Virus record (IMG/VR): IMGVR_UViG_3300032047_003368
Source of the DNA: an uncultured virus (IMG/VR IMGVR_UViG_3300032047_003368)
Lineage: Duplodnaviria; Heunggongvirae; Uroviricota; Caudoviricetes
Direction: 5' to 3' (one strand)
Length of the DNA: 64,000 nt
Part shown: positions 10,832 to 21,741 of the stretch, piece after piece
Position numbering within the stretch: position 1 is the first letter of the stretch
How the letters are laid out: the number at the start of each line of letters is the position of its first letter
Notes under the pieces: model-generated
The model's database searches: none
Told to the model about the DNA's origin: nothing
What the model saw: the letters and a program-made list of their open reading frames with translations, nothing else
Program-made: the position numbers and the translations under genes

Positions 10832-11422
10832 TCATTCCCCAAATTCATACCCGAAATATTCGATGTCTTTTTTGTACTTCTCCGCAACAAGTTCCCTCGT
10901 TTCGTCATCGTAGTGTTCGGTGTAGTGTTTGTGTTTGCTTTTGTTTATATGTGGAAGTTGTTGTTGCGGAATTCCAATTTTATCGCAGATTATATTAAAG
11001 TCTTCTTGGAAGTTTTCAAATTTTCCGATATAGTCTAGTTCTATTTTTTCATTTATACTCAGAAAATCAAAATAAGTCATTACTCTTGGATCATTGAAAA
11101 AATTATTGCAAACCCAAGATTTAAAATTACTGTTTTTATATTTTTTAGACATAAATCGTTCTGTTCTTCCCAACTCTCCATTTATCATTTTCATTCTGAA
11201 AATATAATAAGAAACTAAAAAATCAAAAGGATTGCGAACAAATGAAAACTTAAAATATGAATTCCATTCATTTACATTTTCTCTTTGATAATCGTTAGAT
11301 GTAAAATGCTTTTTGTTTTCTTTTTTTGTTACATTGTTGTTTTTTGTAAAAAGGTATTGAATACTTGTTCCACCGGTTTTTGGAATATGAACAAATATAA
11401 ATTTATGTTTATGATTTATCAT
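10832..11422 (-). CDS. sulfotransferase family 2
   Basis: FVHIPKTGGTS and FSFVRNPFD motifs. Confidence 0.85.
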   Translation of the reverse strand: MINHKHKFIFVHIPKTGGTSIQYLFTKNNNVTKKENKKHFTSNDYQRENVNEWNSYFKFSFVRNPFDFLVSYYIFRMKMINGELGRTERFMSKKYKNSNFKSWVCNNFFNDPRVMTYFDFLSINEKIELDYIGKFENFQEDFNIICDKIGIPQQQLPHINKSKHKHYTEHYDDETRELVAEKYKKDIEYFGYEFGE

Positions 11423-11429
11423 TTTTACA

Positions 11430-12128
11430 TCAATTCCAAACTTCAGTCCAACGATGAACTCCGTAAGAGTCTGGCCAGTCTTCTTTAGTTGTTTGCATTG
11501 CTTCCTTCATAACTCGTTTTACCTTGCGTCTACCACTAATATTCTTGTAGTGCTTCCATGTATATGGAAAAAACCAATTCGAAGGCATCATCTGTAAATC
11601 ATCTATTTCACCATAACTTTCCATTGCTTCGGTTAGCATCTCAGGACCAGTCGTAGATAAAACTATATTTAGTTCTTTTTTAGACAACATTACCTCAAAA
11701 ACGTGTTCCCAAAATTTATGCTTTTTATTGGACATCATTAAAGAATTTGCAACGCATCTCCAAGTTATAGATTTTGAATTTTTTAAATGGTCATGTTCAC
11801 GACTGAGCATCAAATTATAGTTTTGTTCTGCAAGTTTATCTATATTTTTAAAGCACTCAAAATCCATATCTGCGTACAACCCACCGTGTTCGTACAAAGC
11901 AAAATAACGAAAAGCATCTGCTCTTTGAATATTCTTTGGATATTCGTCAAATCTTTTTAAAAACCAAGGAAATTTACGTTCTATTAAATTTCTTATATCT
12001 TCGTCTGTCCACATTTTATATTCCCAATTAGGATTTAGTTGCGTCCACGAATCAATCCACTCTTTTTTAAAAGTATTATATGGAATATTTTCGTTCTTCC
12101 ATGTTTGATGTATTATTTTAGGAATCAT
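11430..12128 (-). CDS. GT32 (OCH1-like) glycosyltransferase
   Basis: MIPKIIHQTWK, RADAFRY...GGLYADMD and TTGP motifs. Confidence 0.85.
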   Translation of the reverse strand: MIPKIIHQTWKNENIPYNTFKKEWIDSWTQLNPNWEYKMWTDEDIRNLIERKFPWFLKRFDEYPKNIQRADAFRYFALYEHGGLYADMDFECFKNIDKLAEQNYNLMLSREHDHLKNSKSITWRCVANSLMMSNKKHKFWEHVFEVMLSKKELNIVLSTTGPEMLTEAMESYGEIDDLQMMPSNWFFPYTWKHYKNISGRRKVKRVMKEAMQTTKEDWPDSYGVHRWTEVWN

Positions 12129-12868
12129 TTTACCAAATCTCTGAATTTTCCTAGCCATAAGTTATAAATTGAAAGAAACGGTAGGTGATTGTCTACATTT
12201 CTACCGAAAGTATATTTTTCGTCTATTAATTGAGTTTCATTATTAATTATTAAATTAGATATATCAATGAATTTACTACCAATATCATCTGAAAGAATTT
12301 TTAATTTAGCATTTAGATATAATGTAAGTTCCGTTCGCATTTTTATATCCGGTACTTGAATATCGTAAAAAGGTCGTACTAATCCATTTTTATTAAAATA
12401 TTTATTTGAATCGTGTATTGAAGGTAAAGTGGGGCATATTATAATTATTTGCTTATTGATATAAAATTTTGTCACATTTTCTAATATAAATTGTTTTAAG
12501 TTTTGCACAGAAGTGTCTATTATCTCTTTAACTTTTTTATTCTTTTTGTGTGCTAAAATCCACGATGTATAATTACAATCAATTTCTCCGATGTGAATTC
12601 CAAAATAATTACTTCTATTTTGTTTTGTTTTTTTTAAAAATTTTGAATACCAATAGTTTGCTTTTGTTTTTGAATTTGGATTATTTATAGAATACATAGT
12701 TGCTCCTCGCATAGAGCAGGTATTAAAGAAAAATTCACTTTGTAATTTATTAAGTGTAGTTTCCCTTGACTCGGTGTCTGTTGATAAGAACTCGTCAGAA
12801 AAGTATTTTCTTACATGAGAATCCCCAATTATGTCGACATTTATTTTATCGTTCATTTTTTTAAGCAC
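12125..12868 (-). CDS. SGNH-hydrolase-like protein
   Basis: IIGDSH, GEIDC and DNH motifs; start may be 12856. Confidence 0.55.
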   Translation of the reverse strand: MLKKMNDKINVDIIGDSHVRKYFSDEFLSTDTESRETTLNKLQSEFFFNTCSMRGATMYSINNPNSKTKANYWYSKFLKKTKQNRSNYFGIHIGEIDCNYTSWILAHKKNKKVKEIIDTSVQNLKQFILENVTKFYINKQIIIICPTLPSIHDSNKYFNKNGLVRPFYDIQVPDIKMRTELTLYLNAKLKILSDDIGSKFIDISNLIINNETQLIDEKYTFGRNVDNHLPFLSIYNLWLGKFRDLVK

Positions 12869-13626
12869 TCTGTTATTTTTTCTATAAAGTTTGAGTAATA
12901 TACATCTGAATCAAATTTTTCTAGTAATTTACAATGACTTATATTTTCTAAATGATGTGTAGAATGCATAATCCATCCGTTGCGACCTCCCATTGCTTTA
13001 TTTCCTAGATATGATTTTGATCCCGAGTAGTAAACCTTGTATATTGATGTTTCGTTTAAATGTGGAGCAAGATTTGCATATTTATCCCAAGTTTTTGGAC
13101 ATTCTTTTTTTCGTTTTTCCAATTGACTTATTTTTCTTTTACCATTATTTCGTGAATTGGTATTTTTAATTACATACTCTAAATCGGTTTGTGCATTTCC
13201 CGCAATTATATAATTTGCGTTTAAAATACTTCCAAATAATATACTTGCATAACCACCCATACTACTACCAGTACATATTATATTTTCGTATTTTTTGAAT
13301 ATTTTCTTTAAAAAAGATATTGTATGATTTATATTTTTACCAATTACCGAAAGTCCACCAAGATACCAATTACCAACGAGCATTTTTCTACGATGACTAC
13401 CCCGTCCTACGTAGTGAAAATCCATATTCCTCAGATATAAAATATCAACATTTTTAAATTCAGTTTTCAACTTACACAATGATGATTTTCTGTCAAACCC
13501 ACCGTGTGGATTTGCACTTCCGAATGAAACTATTAAATTCTTAGAATCAGTATCAATATACGAAAATGATTGTCCATTATCTTCATCACTCTGTACCATC
13601 TTGTGGTATTTTTCATATTCATTCAT
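12853..13626 (-). CDS. alpha/beta-hydrolase-fold protein
   Basis: TGSSMGGYASILFG motif; paralog of 7403-8131. Confidence 0.6.
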   Translation of the reverse strand: MNEYEKYHKMVQSDEDNGQSFSYIDTDSKNLIVSFGSANPHGGFDRKSSLCKLKTEFKNVDILYLRNMDFHYVGRGSHRRKMLVGNWYLGGLSVIGKNINHTISFLKKIFKKYENIICTGSSMGGYASILFGSILNANYIIAGNAQTDLEYVIKNTNSRNNGKRKISQLEKRKKECPKTWDKYANLAPHLNETSIYKVYYSGSKSYLGNKAMGGRNGWIMHSTHHLENISHCKLLEKFDSDVYYSNFIEKITECLKK

Positions 13627-14563
13627 ATGCAACTTTCTCAAATATAGTTTTTAATTTTTCTGTATAATTTTCTAATCCAAATTTATTATTGATGTATTTT
13701 TTTCTTACTACACTTGATTTTCTGCTTAATTCATTTTTATCAGATAATGCATTTAAAATTACATCAATAATTTTATTGTTACCCATTTTATTATCAATGT
13801 GAACATAATCGTTTCCATAAATATATTTTGCTTCGGTTGGCATTGTTCCTAAAACAGTTGTATTAGACAATGAAGTTTCTCCATACTTTTTATACCAATA
13901 ATCAAACGGATTGTTTCTTTTGTTGTATGGACCATGCGACTCAGATGTACAAAAACTCAACCAACTTTGAGAAATCATCTTTGAAAGTTCTTTGCCCCTC
14001 ACTGAATTCTTGACGGAATTATCTCCGTATCCAGGATGAGGCAAAACTTTTACATTTATTTTTGAAGATAACTCGCGTTTAATAAACTTGAACATTTTCC
14101 ACCTCCACGGATACAATTTTCTCCACGCAAATCCATATACAAATAAATCATATTGCTTTTCCAATTTATGATCTGAAAATAAATTCAAATCATAATGATG
14201 TGGCACATAGTACTTTTTTACACTTTTACAAAATAATCCGTTTACGGTTTTTTCATCCTTATACCTGTTTACCACAAAATCATACTGGCCTCCAATGTTT
14301 CTTTGACCGGAATCGTATATTTGCCACAAATCTTCATAAAATTTACCAACCTTTATTTTATTACCTTTTTTATTTACAAAATTTCCATGAAAGTTTGTCC
14401 AATCGTCATTGAATATAATATCATAATCTTGTATTTCATTTTGATTAAAATTGGTTTCATCGATTACATCGTACACTTTCGCAACTTCATTCATAATCAA
14501 TGAATGATTTTGACTCATGCGATTTTCGTATTTGCATTTAGAAGTTATGTACAAGACTTTCAT
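13619..14563 (-). CDS. putative GT-B glycosyltransferase
   Basis: KQYDLFVYG...LYPWR...HPGY...KYGE pattern; island context. Confidence 0.45.
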   Translation of the reverse strand: MKVLYITSKCKYENRMSQNHSLIMNEVAKVYDVIDETNFNQNEIQDYDIIFNDDWTNFHGNFVNKKGNKIKVGKFYEDLWQIYDSGQRNIGGQYDFVVNRYKDEKTVNGLFCKSVKKYYVPHHYDLNLFSDHKLEKQYDLFVYGFAWRKLYPWRWKMFKFIKRELSSKINVKVLPHPGYGDNSVKNSVRGKELSKMISQSWLSFCTSESHGPYNKRNNPFDYWYKKYGETSLSNTTVLGTMPTEAKYIYGNDYVHIDNKMGNNKIIDVILNALSDKNELSRKSSVVRKKYINNKFGLENYTEKLKTIFEKVAYE

Positions 14564-14564
14564 T

Positions 14565-15317
14565 TTACAAAATTTTTAGTGTTCCGTTTGGTATATTACA
14601 AGTCGACTGAAATATTTTACACTGATGGTCAACCTGAATTCTTGGAAAATACTTTTTATATATCTGTTGAAATATTCCTTGATCTCCCGGCCATGATCCT
14701 TTGTGTGTTAGTTTTTTTGTATTAATAATATCAGCATAAATTTCTTTGTAAAATTCTGTTTTTGCAATCCACAATCCAGAATTAAGAAATTTAAATATTG
14801 AATTATTTACTTGAGAAGTGTAATCGTTCCAATTTTCGTATATTTCATTTGCTTCTACTGGATAGCAAACTGGTTCACAATTAAATAACATTTCACAATC
14901 AAAATTTGTTGTAAACATTTCGACTATTTTATTTGGGGAGTCTATAAAAAAAGTATCACCAACATCCCATCCGATTATATACTTGGTATTTATCGTGTGA
15001 AGACTATCGTATAACATTCTTGGTTTTTTAATAAGTTGTCTTCTTCCGTGTAATCCTCCACCCGTATAGTAATCTGCTATATTTAACCAAGGAATACCCA
15101 TTTTATTTAAGGTTGATTCCATTATACATTCTTTATTATTTGCCCTACCCCACTTTGCAAAACATAAAGTCACTTTATCATAATCTGATGGTTTGCATTT
15201 TTGAAAGTTGTTTTTCACCGATTCGTAGACATCATATCCTTGTTTATTTAATTCTACATCTCCATTTAAATGAAATGCAATTGGATGAGTTTTAGTTATA
15301 GTATTGTAAATCTTCAT
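14565..15317 (-). CDS. PLOD-type glycosyltransferase-like protein
   Basis: MLFNCE, FKFLNSGLWI, GDQ and VDHQCKIFQ motifs; N-terminal FHLNG. Confidence 0.55.
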   Translation of the reverse strand: MKIYNTITKTHPIAFHLNGDVELNKQGYDVYESVKNNFQKCKPSDYDKVTLCFAKWGRANNKECIMESTLNKMGIPWLNIADYYTGGGLHGRRQLIKKPRMLYDSLHTINTKYIIGWDVGDTFFIDSPNKIVEMFTTNFDCEMLFNCEPVCYPVEANEIYENWNDYTSQVNNSIFKFLNSGLWIAKTEFYKEIYADIINTKKLTHKGSWPGDQGIFQQIYKKYFPRIQVDHQCKIFQSTCNIPNGTLKIL

Positions 15318-15325
15318 ATCAATAA

Positions 15326-15913
15326 TTACTCTCCAAATTTATATCCAAACTCATCAAAATCAACTTTGTAATAATCTTCAACGAAAGCAATTAGTTCTTC
15401 ATCATAATATTTGACATACGATCCATGAACTGATTTATTTCGTTTGCCAACAAAATCGTGTTTCAAATTTATTTTATTACAGACATATTCAAAGTCATTT
15501 TCTAAATTCTCAACTCTTCCTATAAAATCCATTTTGTTATTACCATTTTCGTCTATTACCCAATCCATCATGGTAAATTTCATTAAACAACTTTTAAAAC
15601 TTCTTTTGTCTTCTTTATTTAAGACCCACTCTTTAAAGGATTGATTCTGAACATCACTCTTTTTTTCACGAACCCGGTAAAAATAATTAGAAAGCAAACG
15701 ATCAAACGGATTTCTGACGAAAGTGAACTTATAATAATCATCAATTGGTGATTTGATGCATTTGAGTATACTACTGGCACTTGTATCTTTACTTAGTAAT
15801 TGGTGTTCATGCCATGCTAATTTTTTAATGTATCTTCTTAGTGAGTATATAACGGAAGAACTTGCACACTTATTAATTGCAATATAAATAAATTTATGTT
15901 TTTCGTTAATCAT
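15326..15913 (-). CDS. sulfotransferase family 2
   Basis: MINEKHKFIYIAINKCASSS and FTFVRNPFDRLLS motifs. Confidence 0.8.
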   Translation of the reverse strand: MINEKHKFIYIAINKCASSSVIYSLRRYIKKLAWHEHQLLSKDTSASSILKCIKSPIDDYYKFTFVRNPFDRLLSNYFYRVREKKSDVQNQSFKEWVLNKEDKRSFKSCLMKFTMMDWVIDENGNNKMDFIGRVENLENDFEYVCNKINLKHDFVGKRNKSVHGSYVKYYDEELIAFVEDYYKVDFDEFGYKFGE

Positions 15914-16586
15914 TATTAATATCGTATTTAAATTTTGATATGTCTTTGGCATAATTTTTACTTATATATTTTATTGAGTCTTTACTGAGATATTGAAGGT
16001 AATGTTTATTTGATTTTTTTTGATTCATTTTTAAAAAAACCTTTTCCGGTACTTCCATTCCAATTTTATCACAGACAAATTTAAAATCATTATCAAAATT
16101 TTCAACTTTTCCAACAAAGTCTACAAGTAAATCTCCGTTGCCTTGATCATCGGCTAAAAAAGAATATTGATACTTACTTTTACCTTTTATTCCTCTTCTT
16201 ACTGTTTGTAGAAAGTTAAAAATTTTCTCAAGATGTTTTGGTGTCAAAATATCTGGTTTATCTTCAAAGTTCCAAAAATACTGAGAAACAATCCAAGAGT
16301 AAGGATTTCTTACAAACGAAAACTTAAAGTACTCATCAAAGATTTTTCCTAGTTCTTCTCTCACTAAAAAGGGAGGTACGTGCTCTGTATTACATCCCCA
16401 TAAATTTTTAATATGTTTTTTATTATCAAGTTTTTTTTTACACCAAATGCCCTTTTTTCCATACCCCACGTCAACAACACGGATACGATCATCGTCATTA
16501 TATTTTACTAGTGCATTCTCGATTGTAGATGATGCACACTTGCCGTTTGCAAAGTAGATAAATTTATGTTTGTGTGAAATTATCAT
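15906..16586 (-). CDS. sulfotransferase family 2
   Basis: FIYFANGKCASST, FSFVRNPY and DFVGKVEN motifs. Confidence 0.8.
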   Translation of the reverse strand: MIISHKHKFIYFANGKCASSTIENALVKYNDDDRIRVVDVGYGKKGIWCKKKLDNKKHIKNLWGCNTEHVPPFLVREELGKIFDEYFKFSFVRNPYSWIVSQYFWNFEDKPDILTPKHLEKIFNFLQTVRRGIKGKSKYQYSFLADDQGNGDLLVDFVGKVENFDNDFKFVCDKIGMEVPEKVFLKMNQKKSNKHYLQYLSKDSIKYISKNYAKDISKFKYDINND

Positions 16587-16592
16587 TGTCGT

Positions 16593-17123
16593 TTACTTTT
16601 TTAATTCGTTTTTCCAATAATCATAACACTTGTTTGGTTGTATACCAGCATACCGATGCTTCAAGTAAAACTTGCAAGCAGGATACACGTATTTGAGTGT
16701 ATCCGACAACTCTATTGTGTCTGTATCATTATCATCCATCATCTGACGTATAAATATTGCCGATGATGCGTTTTGAATTGCTTTGATAAAGTCAACAGCA
16801 AGTTTTTCATACTTAGTTTTTGCTCCGTTGTATATCGTACTTAGTTTTTTTCCTATCGGCAAAACATCGTAGAACAATGTTCCATTTCTTTGATCCTTGA
16901 CAATCGTATACGGAGTTCCATTGACAATGTTTATTGCACCACCATATACCTTTATTTGATTTTCGGTAGGAAAAAAATTATTAAATTGTTGTGTCAGACA
17001 AAGTTTTAATGTATCAAAAGATAGATCCCCTACATTGTCAAAGATATTTGAATTTGTATTTAAATTACAATCTTTAAGAACCGAAGCAACAACTGGTTGC
17101 GAACCAAGAGAACAATAAAGCAT
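16593..17123 (-). CDS. hypothetical protein, weakly DUF1796 (putative papain-like peptidase)-like
   Basis: N-terminal CSLG...SNIFD resembles 22731-23510 but lacks the Cys after LGxx. Confidence 0.35.
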   Translation of the reverse strand: MLYCSLGSQPVVASVLKDCNLNTNSNIFDNVGDLSFDTLKLCLTQQFNNFFPTENQIKVYGGAINIVNGTPYTIVKDQRNGTLFYDVLPIGKKLSTIYNGAKTKYEKLAVDFIKAIQNASSAIFIRQMMDDNDTDTIELSDTLKYVYPACKFYLKHRYAGIQPNKCYDYWKNELKK

Positions 17124-17818
17124 TAGTTCTCTCCATATTTGTATCCAAGAACTTCAATATCATTTTTGTAAAACTTACGCACAATTTCAATACACTCGTC
17201 ATCATAAAAATCTGTATAATGTGGTCTGTCCTTTGCATTGTGCTTGTGTGGAAGAACGATGTCCTTATCCACATCAAGTTTTTCGCACAAAGTTTCAAGA
17301 TCATCTCTTAAATTTTCATAACGACCAATCCAGTCTACCAAAATCTTTTTCTCTTTTTCATCGTAGATTTCGTTGAATGCGTGTGTTAAAACAACTGCTT
17401 TATCACGATGACCTAGTTGTGGAACTCCACGAATTACCTTGCTCGGATTTTCCAACCAGTTCAACCAACCTTCCCATCTCCACTTCGTCCACTCTTTGAA
17501 ATCACGTTTTGAAACATCACGTTCACCTTTATTAGCTCTCCACTGATACTGAGATACAAGTCTGTCCCACGGATTTCTTACAAATGAAAACGTCAGATAA
17601 TCGTTCCAAGTGTCCATTCCAAACATCTTTTTTGCCTGCTGAACAGTAAAATGAATTTTCTTGGATTCTTTTGGATCTCTTTTTGAGTGTTCAAATCTTT
17701 CTCCGTCTTTTTTTCTTTGCGTTATTGCAGTTGCCAAACTACTTCCAGCAGTACGTGGAATGTGGATGAATATACATTTTAAATCGTGATCAATCATTCT
17801 TTTTTCCTTTTTATTCAA
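17123..17818 (-). CDS. sulfotransferase family 2
   Basis: FIHIPRTAGSS, FSFVRNPWDRLVS and WIGRYENL motifs. Confidence 0.85.
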   Translation of the reverse strand: MNKKEKRMIDHDLKCIFIHIPRTAGSSLATAITQRKKDGERFEHSKRDPKESKKIHFTVQQAKKMFGMDTWNDYLTFSFVRNPWDRLVSQYQWRANKGERDVSKRDFKEWTKWRWEGWLNWLENPSKVIRGVPQLGHRDKAVVLTHAFNEIYDEKEKKILVDWIGRYENLRDDLETLCEKLDVDKDIVLPHKHNAKDRPHYTDFYDDECIEIVRKFYKNDIEVLGYKYGEN

Positions 17819-19565
17819 ATAAATTTTTTGCTCTTAATTTTGCGTAACTTTGTTTGTAAAAGTCTGAAAGACTTTCATCAATTTCATTTTTGCTTGCAAG
17901 GGGATTTGCGTATCTTGTAAGTTCTCGTATAATTGATTCAGCAATATGAAGTGCAAGTCCAAGGTTATCTTCTGCATCTTTTATTGCATTAAACTTATAG
18001 TTTTCAGAATTAATATAAACACAAAAATTACTTTCCGTTTCAAACTCCGACATTATTTTTTCTTTACCTGAACCAAATGGTTTAATTTCATAACGAATTC
18101 CTTTTGAATCGTGTACAGTTCTTTCTACTCCATTTTCATCTTCAACGAACATTCCATTATCAACTTCTTTTAATTTAGCAGGTATACTTTCAGGAGTTTC
18201 TTTATATTTTTCAAGTAATGTTTTTTTCAACTCACGGATTCTTCTTCTTCTTCTTTTTTTATTTTTTGTTTTGTTTTCTATTTCTGCTTTGATTAATGTA
18301 CCTATTGTATCTTCAGCAACTTTAACTTTGAGCATTCTTCCTTCGGCTGTACTAAGTTCTTCTGTATTTATGCCCAAATCCACAAGCAATTTTTGATCAA
18401 TGTCAATTTCTTTGGCAATAAACTTTACTACATTATTCGCAAGTGTTCCAATGCGGTTTGTGTTTTGTTCTACATTCAACAATAAATATCCACGTAGCAA
18501 ATCAATGATTGTTTTGTAAACAACTTCATAAAAAGGACCCGTCACTGGATGATCTTCACGTAATGCGTGATGTGATAAATCCTTTGCAGGCATTCCTGTG
18601 TGATCAAGTACTTCACTTAATTCACTTGATACAATAAATCCACGAAGTTTTGAAAACAAATTTCTAACTGATTTTTGAGGAACAACATTTTTTCCGATTT
18701 CTTCGGAAATTTCTTCGTATATTTTTTTAATAAGTTCTTCTTTGTCTAATGTCAAACTGCAAACTTTTACATCAGATACAATGATCACAGAATCAAGTGG
18801 ACATACATCAATATCGTATTGATTTTGCATTAAACTTAAATTAAATTTAATGTTTCCTGTTTTAAGTTCGTCTTCGTGTTCAAAAGTAAATTCTTTGTTC
18901 ATTTCAGGAAACAAATATCCAGGTAAAGTATAATCAAATTGCAATGATTCACCGTTTAAGATTATATTAAATTCTTTTTCTCCGTTACGAACCAAATATC
19001 CAAAAAAGTCTTGAAGTTCTTTTCTTATTCTTGATAAATTCCATCCGTTTTTAAGAATCGGTGAATCTAAATTGCTGATTGTTACAATTGTTCCGTGGTC
19101 TGTTGTTACATTTGATTCTGATAACTCGGTGATACCCGGAGCATAATCATCAAGAAACTCAGTTTTACCAGGTTGATAAGTTACCAAAAATGATTTTCCT
19201 TTTTGATTTTTGGTTTCTATTGTCCATAATGTATTGTTGGTATCAGATAGTTTATCGTTGGCAATTTTACCTCCGATTCCCATATGACCTAAAGTAGGTC
19301 CAGAACCATTGCTCATATCGTATGAATTACCAAACACAAAATACTTTTCAAATCCAGTCATTCCGTTTTCGTCTGCTTCGTGGTCGAATCCAATTCCGTT
19401 GTCTATCACAACAACTGAATCTGCGTTTAATTTTATATCAACGAATGTAGCACCACTTTGCATACTATTTTTAACAAGTTCTGTGAATGCTTGTTCGTAA
19501 GTAACTGTTGATTGCAGAATATTACTTATTCTTGCACCTGTTTTAATTTGAATTGAATCTTCCAT
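17811..19565 (-). CDS. GHKL (Hsp90/MORC-like) ATPase
   Basis: ELVKNS, IDNGIG, GHMGIG and GTIVTI GHKL boxes; AGGAGA RBS before the ATG at 19565 (MEDSIQ). Confidence 0.75.
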   Translation of the reverse strand: MEDSIQIKTGARISNILQSTVTYEQAFTELVKNSMQSGATFVDIKLNADSVVVIDNGIGFDHEADENGMTGFEKYFVFGNSYDMSNGSGPTLGHMGIGGKIANDKLSDTNNTLWTIETKNQKGKSFLVTYQPGKTEFLDDYAPGITELSESNVTTDHGTIVTISNLDSPILKNGWNLSRIRKELQDFFGYLVRNGEKEFNIILNGESLQFDYTLPGYLFPEMNKEFTFEHEDELKTGNIKFNLSLMQNQYDIDVCPLDSVIIVSDVKVCSLTLDKEELIKKIYEEISEEIGKNVVPQKSVRNLFSKLRGFIVSSELSEVLDHTGMPAKDLSHHALREDHPVTGPFYEVVYKTIIDLLRGYLLLNVEQNTNRIGTLANNVVKFIAKEIDIDQKLLVDLGINTEELSTAEGRMLKVKVAEDTIGTLIKAEIENKTKNKKRRRRRIRELKKTLLEKYKETPESIPAKLKEVDNGMFVEDENGVERTVHDSKGIRYEIKPFGSGKEKIMSEFETESNFCVYINSENYKFNAIKDAEDNLGLALHIAESIIRELTRYANPLASKNEIDESLSDFYKQSYAKLRAKNLFE

Positions 19566-19626
19566 ATATCTCCTGTTTGTAAAAGTTATTCCATCTATAA
19601 ATATATTATATATTGCTATTTGTTGG

Positions 19627-20649
19627 TTATTCCACAGATTTCTTTGCAGTTGCTTCTGCTTCTGCTTTTTCTTGTGCTTCACGTTTTTTTCTTGCCCTGC
19701 GACCTTCACCCCTAGGTCCTCTGCGACCACGATTTGCTCGTTTTTCTGCACGATATGCTTCGGTAAGTGGTCCAGGTCCCATTTCAACAATTTCATCAGG
19801 TTTGCTCATTCCTTCTGGTATATCTCCTAGCCACATATCGTGACGAAGCATATTCCATACTTTGCGTTGATGATAATCAAAGTTCTCAAGAGCATTGGCG
19901 TGCATTTCATCAATGTTACTCCAACCAACTGTACAATTAAAGTGTACAATAAAAGCATCATTTTCTGATCGTTCACGACCACGATTTTTAATGTTTCGTT
20001 CCCAATGAACTCCTTGTGGATAACCATCTGCACTTAATTGCACATAACTAATATCATCGGGTTCAATAGCACGATGCAAACGAAGATTAAGAAGCATCAT
20101 ATCTTCCTTAAACTTACGTTGTTTGATTTCTCCGTCTTCGTTTGTTTCAATGTATCCTCGTTTGAAATCTTCACGATCAATGTTAAACAAATGAATTGTT
20201 TTGGGATTGCTTTTAGCATAAAAGAAACCAGGACAAATACTTTCACCACCTGCAACTTGAATTGCAGTATCGTATCCACCTTCTTCGCATAAGTTTTCAA
20301 GGTCTTCCAACGGATTCTTCAAAAAGCAAATATCGGTATCAGCATAAAGAACGTTGTATCCGTCTGACAACAGCTGATGTGTTGCTTCCATTTTGTTCCA
20401 CATCAACGCATCCCACCCTTTGCTATGAAACTCTGATGTTGATTCTATGTGAAACAACTCGCTGTTCCATCGTTTTGCTTCAATGTCGGTTTCTTGCGAC
20501 ATTCTTTCGTAAGATGCATCGTCTAAACAATACACAATAGACATATGTTGCATATCCAACTTTCTAATATACTCTAACCAATTAACGGCAAAGTCTAAAT
20601 AGCCCTCATTCACATAGGACAATAACTTTGTCCCCTTCACATCACCCAT
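19627..20649 (-). CDS. nucleotide-diphospho-sugar transferase (GT77-like) with a basic C-terminal tail
   Basis: VLYADTDICFLKNP, CPGFFY and IVHFN motifs; GGAGA RBS. Confidence 0.75.
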   Translation of the reverse strand: MGDVKGTKLLSYVNEGYLDFAVNWLEYIRKLDMQHMSIVYCLDDASYERMSQETDIEAKRWNSELFHIESTSEFHSKGWDALMWNKMEATHQLLSDGYNVLYADTDICFLKNPLEDLENLCEEGGYDTAIQVAGGESICPGFFYAKSNPKTIHLFNIDREDFKRGYIETNEDGEIKQRKFKEDMMLLNLRLHRAIEPDDISYVQLSADGYPQGVHWERNIKNRGRERSENDAFIVHFNCTVGWSNIDEMHANALENFDYHQRKVWNMLRHDMWLGDIPEGMSKPDEIVEMGPGPLTEAYRAEKRANRGRRGPRGEGRRARKKREAQEKAEAEATAKKSVE

Positions 20650-20679
20650 TTTCAATCTCCAATTTTTATTTAATATTAT

Positions 20680-21705
20680 TTACACACATGCTTCTTCGGA
20701 ATAGTTCAAACTTGCGTCTTGTTTTCCTTGTTTGATTTCATTGTAAATCCAAGCATATGTTTTTTCCAAACCTTCTTGTAATCCTACACTAGGCTCCCAA
20801 CCGGTGACTTCTTTGATTAAAGTGTTGTCAGAATTTCTTCCACGAACACCTTGAGGTTTTGTTAAATCGTATTTTCTTTCAACTTTGATGTCTGCTAGTT
20901 TTTCAATCATATCAATAAGTTGATTGATGCTGACCATTTCACTACTTCCAAGATTCAAAGGTTTAGTATAATCACTTTCCCACATTTTATCCATTCCTGT
21001 GATGCAGTCATCAATGTACATAAACGAACGAGTTTGTTCTCCGTCACCCCACACTTCAATTTCGTGATTTCCACTTAATTTTGCTTCAATGATTTTACGA
21101 CACAACGCAGCCGGTGCTTTCTCTCTACCACCTTGCCAAGTTCCATAAGGACCATAAACATTGTGATAACGAGGAATGCGAACATTCATATCGTAATCTG
21201 ATTCGTAGAAATTGGTAAGAATTTCGTTGAATAACTTTTCCCATCCATATCCACTTTCGGGATCAGCAGGATAAGCATCAGGTTCTGCCAATGCTTGGTC
21301 TTCTGCACTTAAAATCTCCGTTTGCTTGAAGGTGGGGTATGCACACGCAGAAGAACTGTAAAGGAAATCCTTGATGCCATGCTCTTTGGCTGCTACAAGC
21401 ATATGTACGTTAATAAGAACACTGAGCATACACAATGCGTGGTTGTTTTCAATGAAACCCATTCCACCCATGTTGCAAGCAAGATTATATACCATGTCCA
21501 TTCCTTCGGCTGCTTTCATGCAGTTTTCACGCAATTCAAGGTCAAGAACAAGTTGCTCTGTTCCTTCAACCGGTTGATACCATTGATTAAGTGGTTTCTT
21601 GTCAACCACCCTTACGTTATGACCTTGCTCTTGAAGGTCTTTGGCCAAATGTCCGGCAATGAATCCACCACCACCACATACAAGTATATTTCGTTTTGTT
21701 GTCAT
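20680..21705 (-). CDS. GDP-mannose 3,5-epimerase-like extended SDR
   Basis: GGGGFIA, MGGMGFI, SSACAY, YGWEK, GGREKAPAALCRK and GVRGRNSDN, all characteristic of GME. Confidence 0.85.
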   Translation of the reverse strand: MTTKRNILVCGGGGFIAGHLAKDLQEQGHNVRVVDKKPLNQWYQPVEGTEQLVLDLELRENCMKAAEGMDMVYNLACNMGGMGFIENNHALCMLSVLINVHMLVAAKEHGIKDFLYSSSACAYPTFKQTEILSAEDQALAEPDAYPADPESGYGWEKLFNEILTNFYESDYDMNVRIPRYHNVYGPYGTWQGGREKAPAALCRKIIEAKLSGNHEIEVWGDGEQTRSFMYIDDCITGMDKMWESDYTKPLNLGSSEMVSINQLIDMIEKLADIKVERKYDLTKPQGVRGRNSDNTLIKEVTGWEPSVGLQEGLEKTYAWIYNEIKQGKQDASLNYSEEACV

Positions 21706-21741
21706 AATAATATATAGTTAATTTAATAAGTTTTTGGGTTA

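Noticed and set aside
19566..19796. N-terminal extension of the GHKL ORF in the track
   Set aside because: Overlaps the upstream GT gene; the RBS and motif support the ATG at 19565
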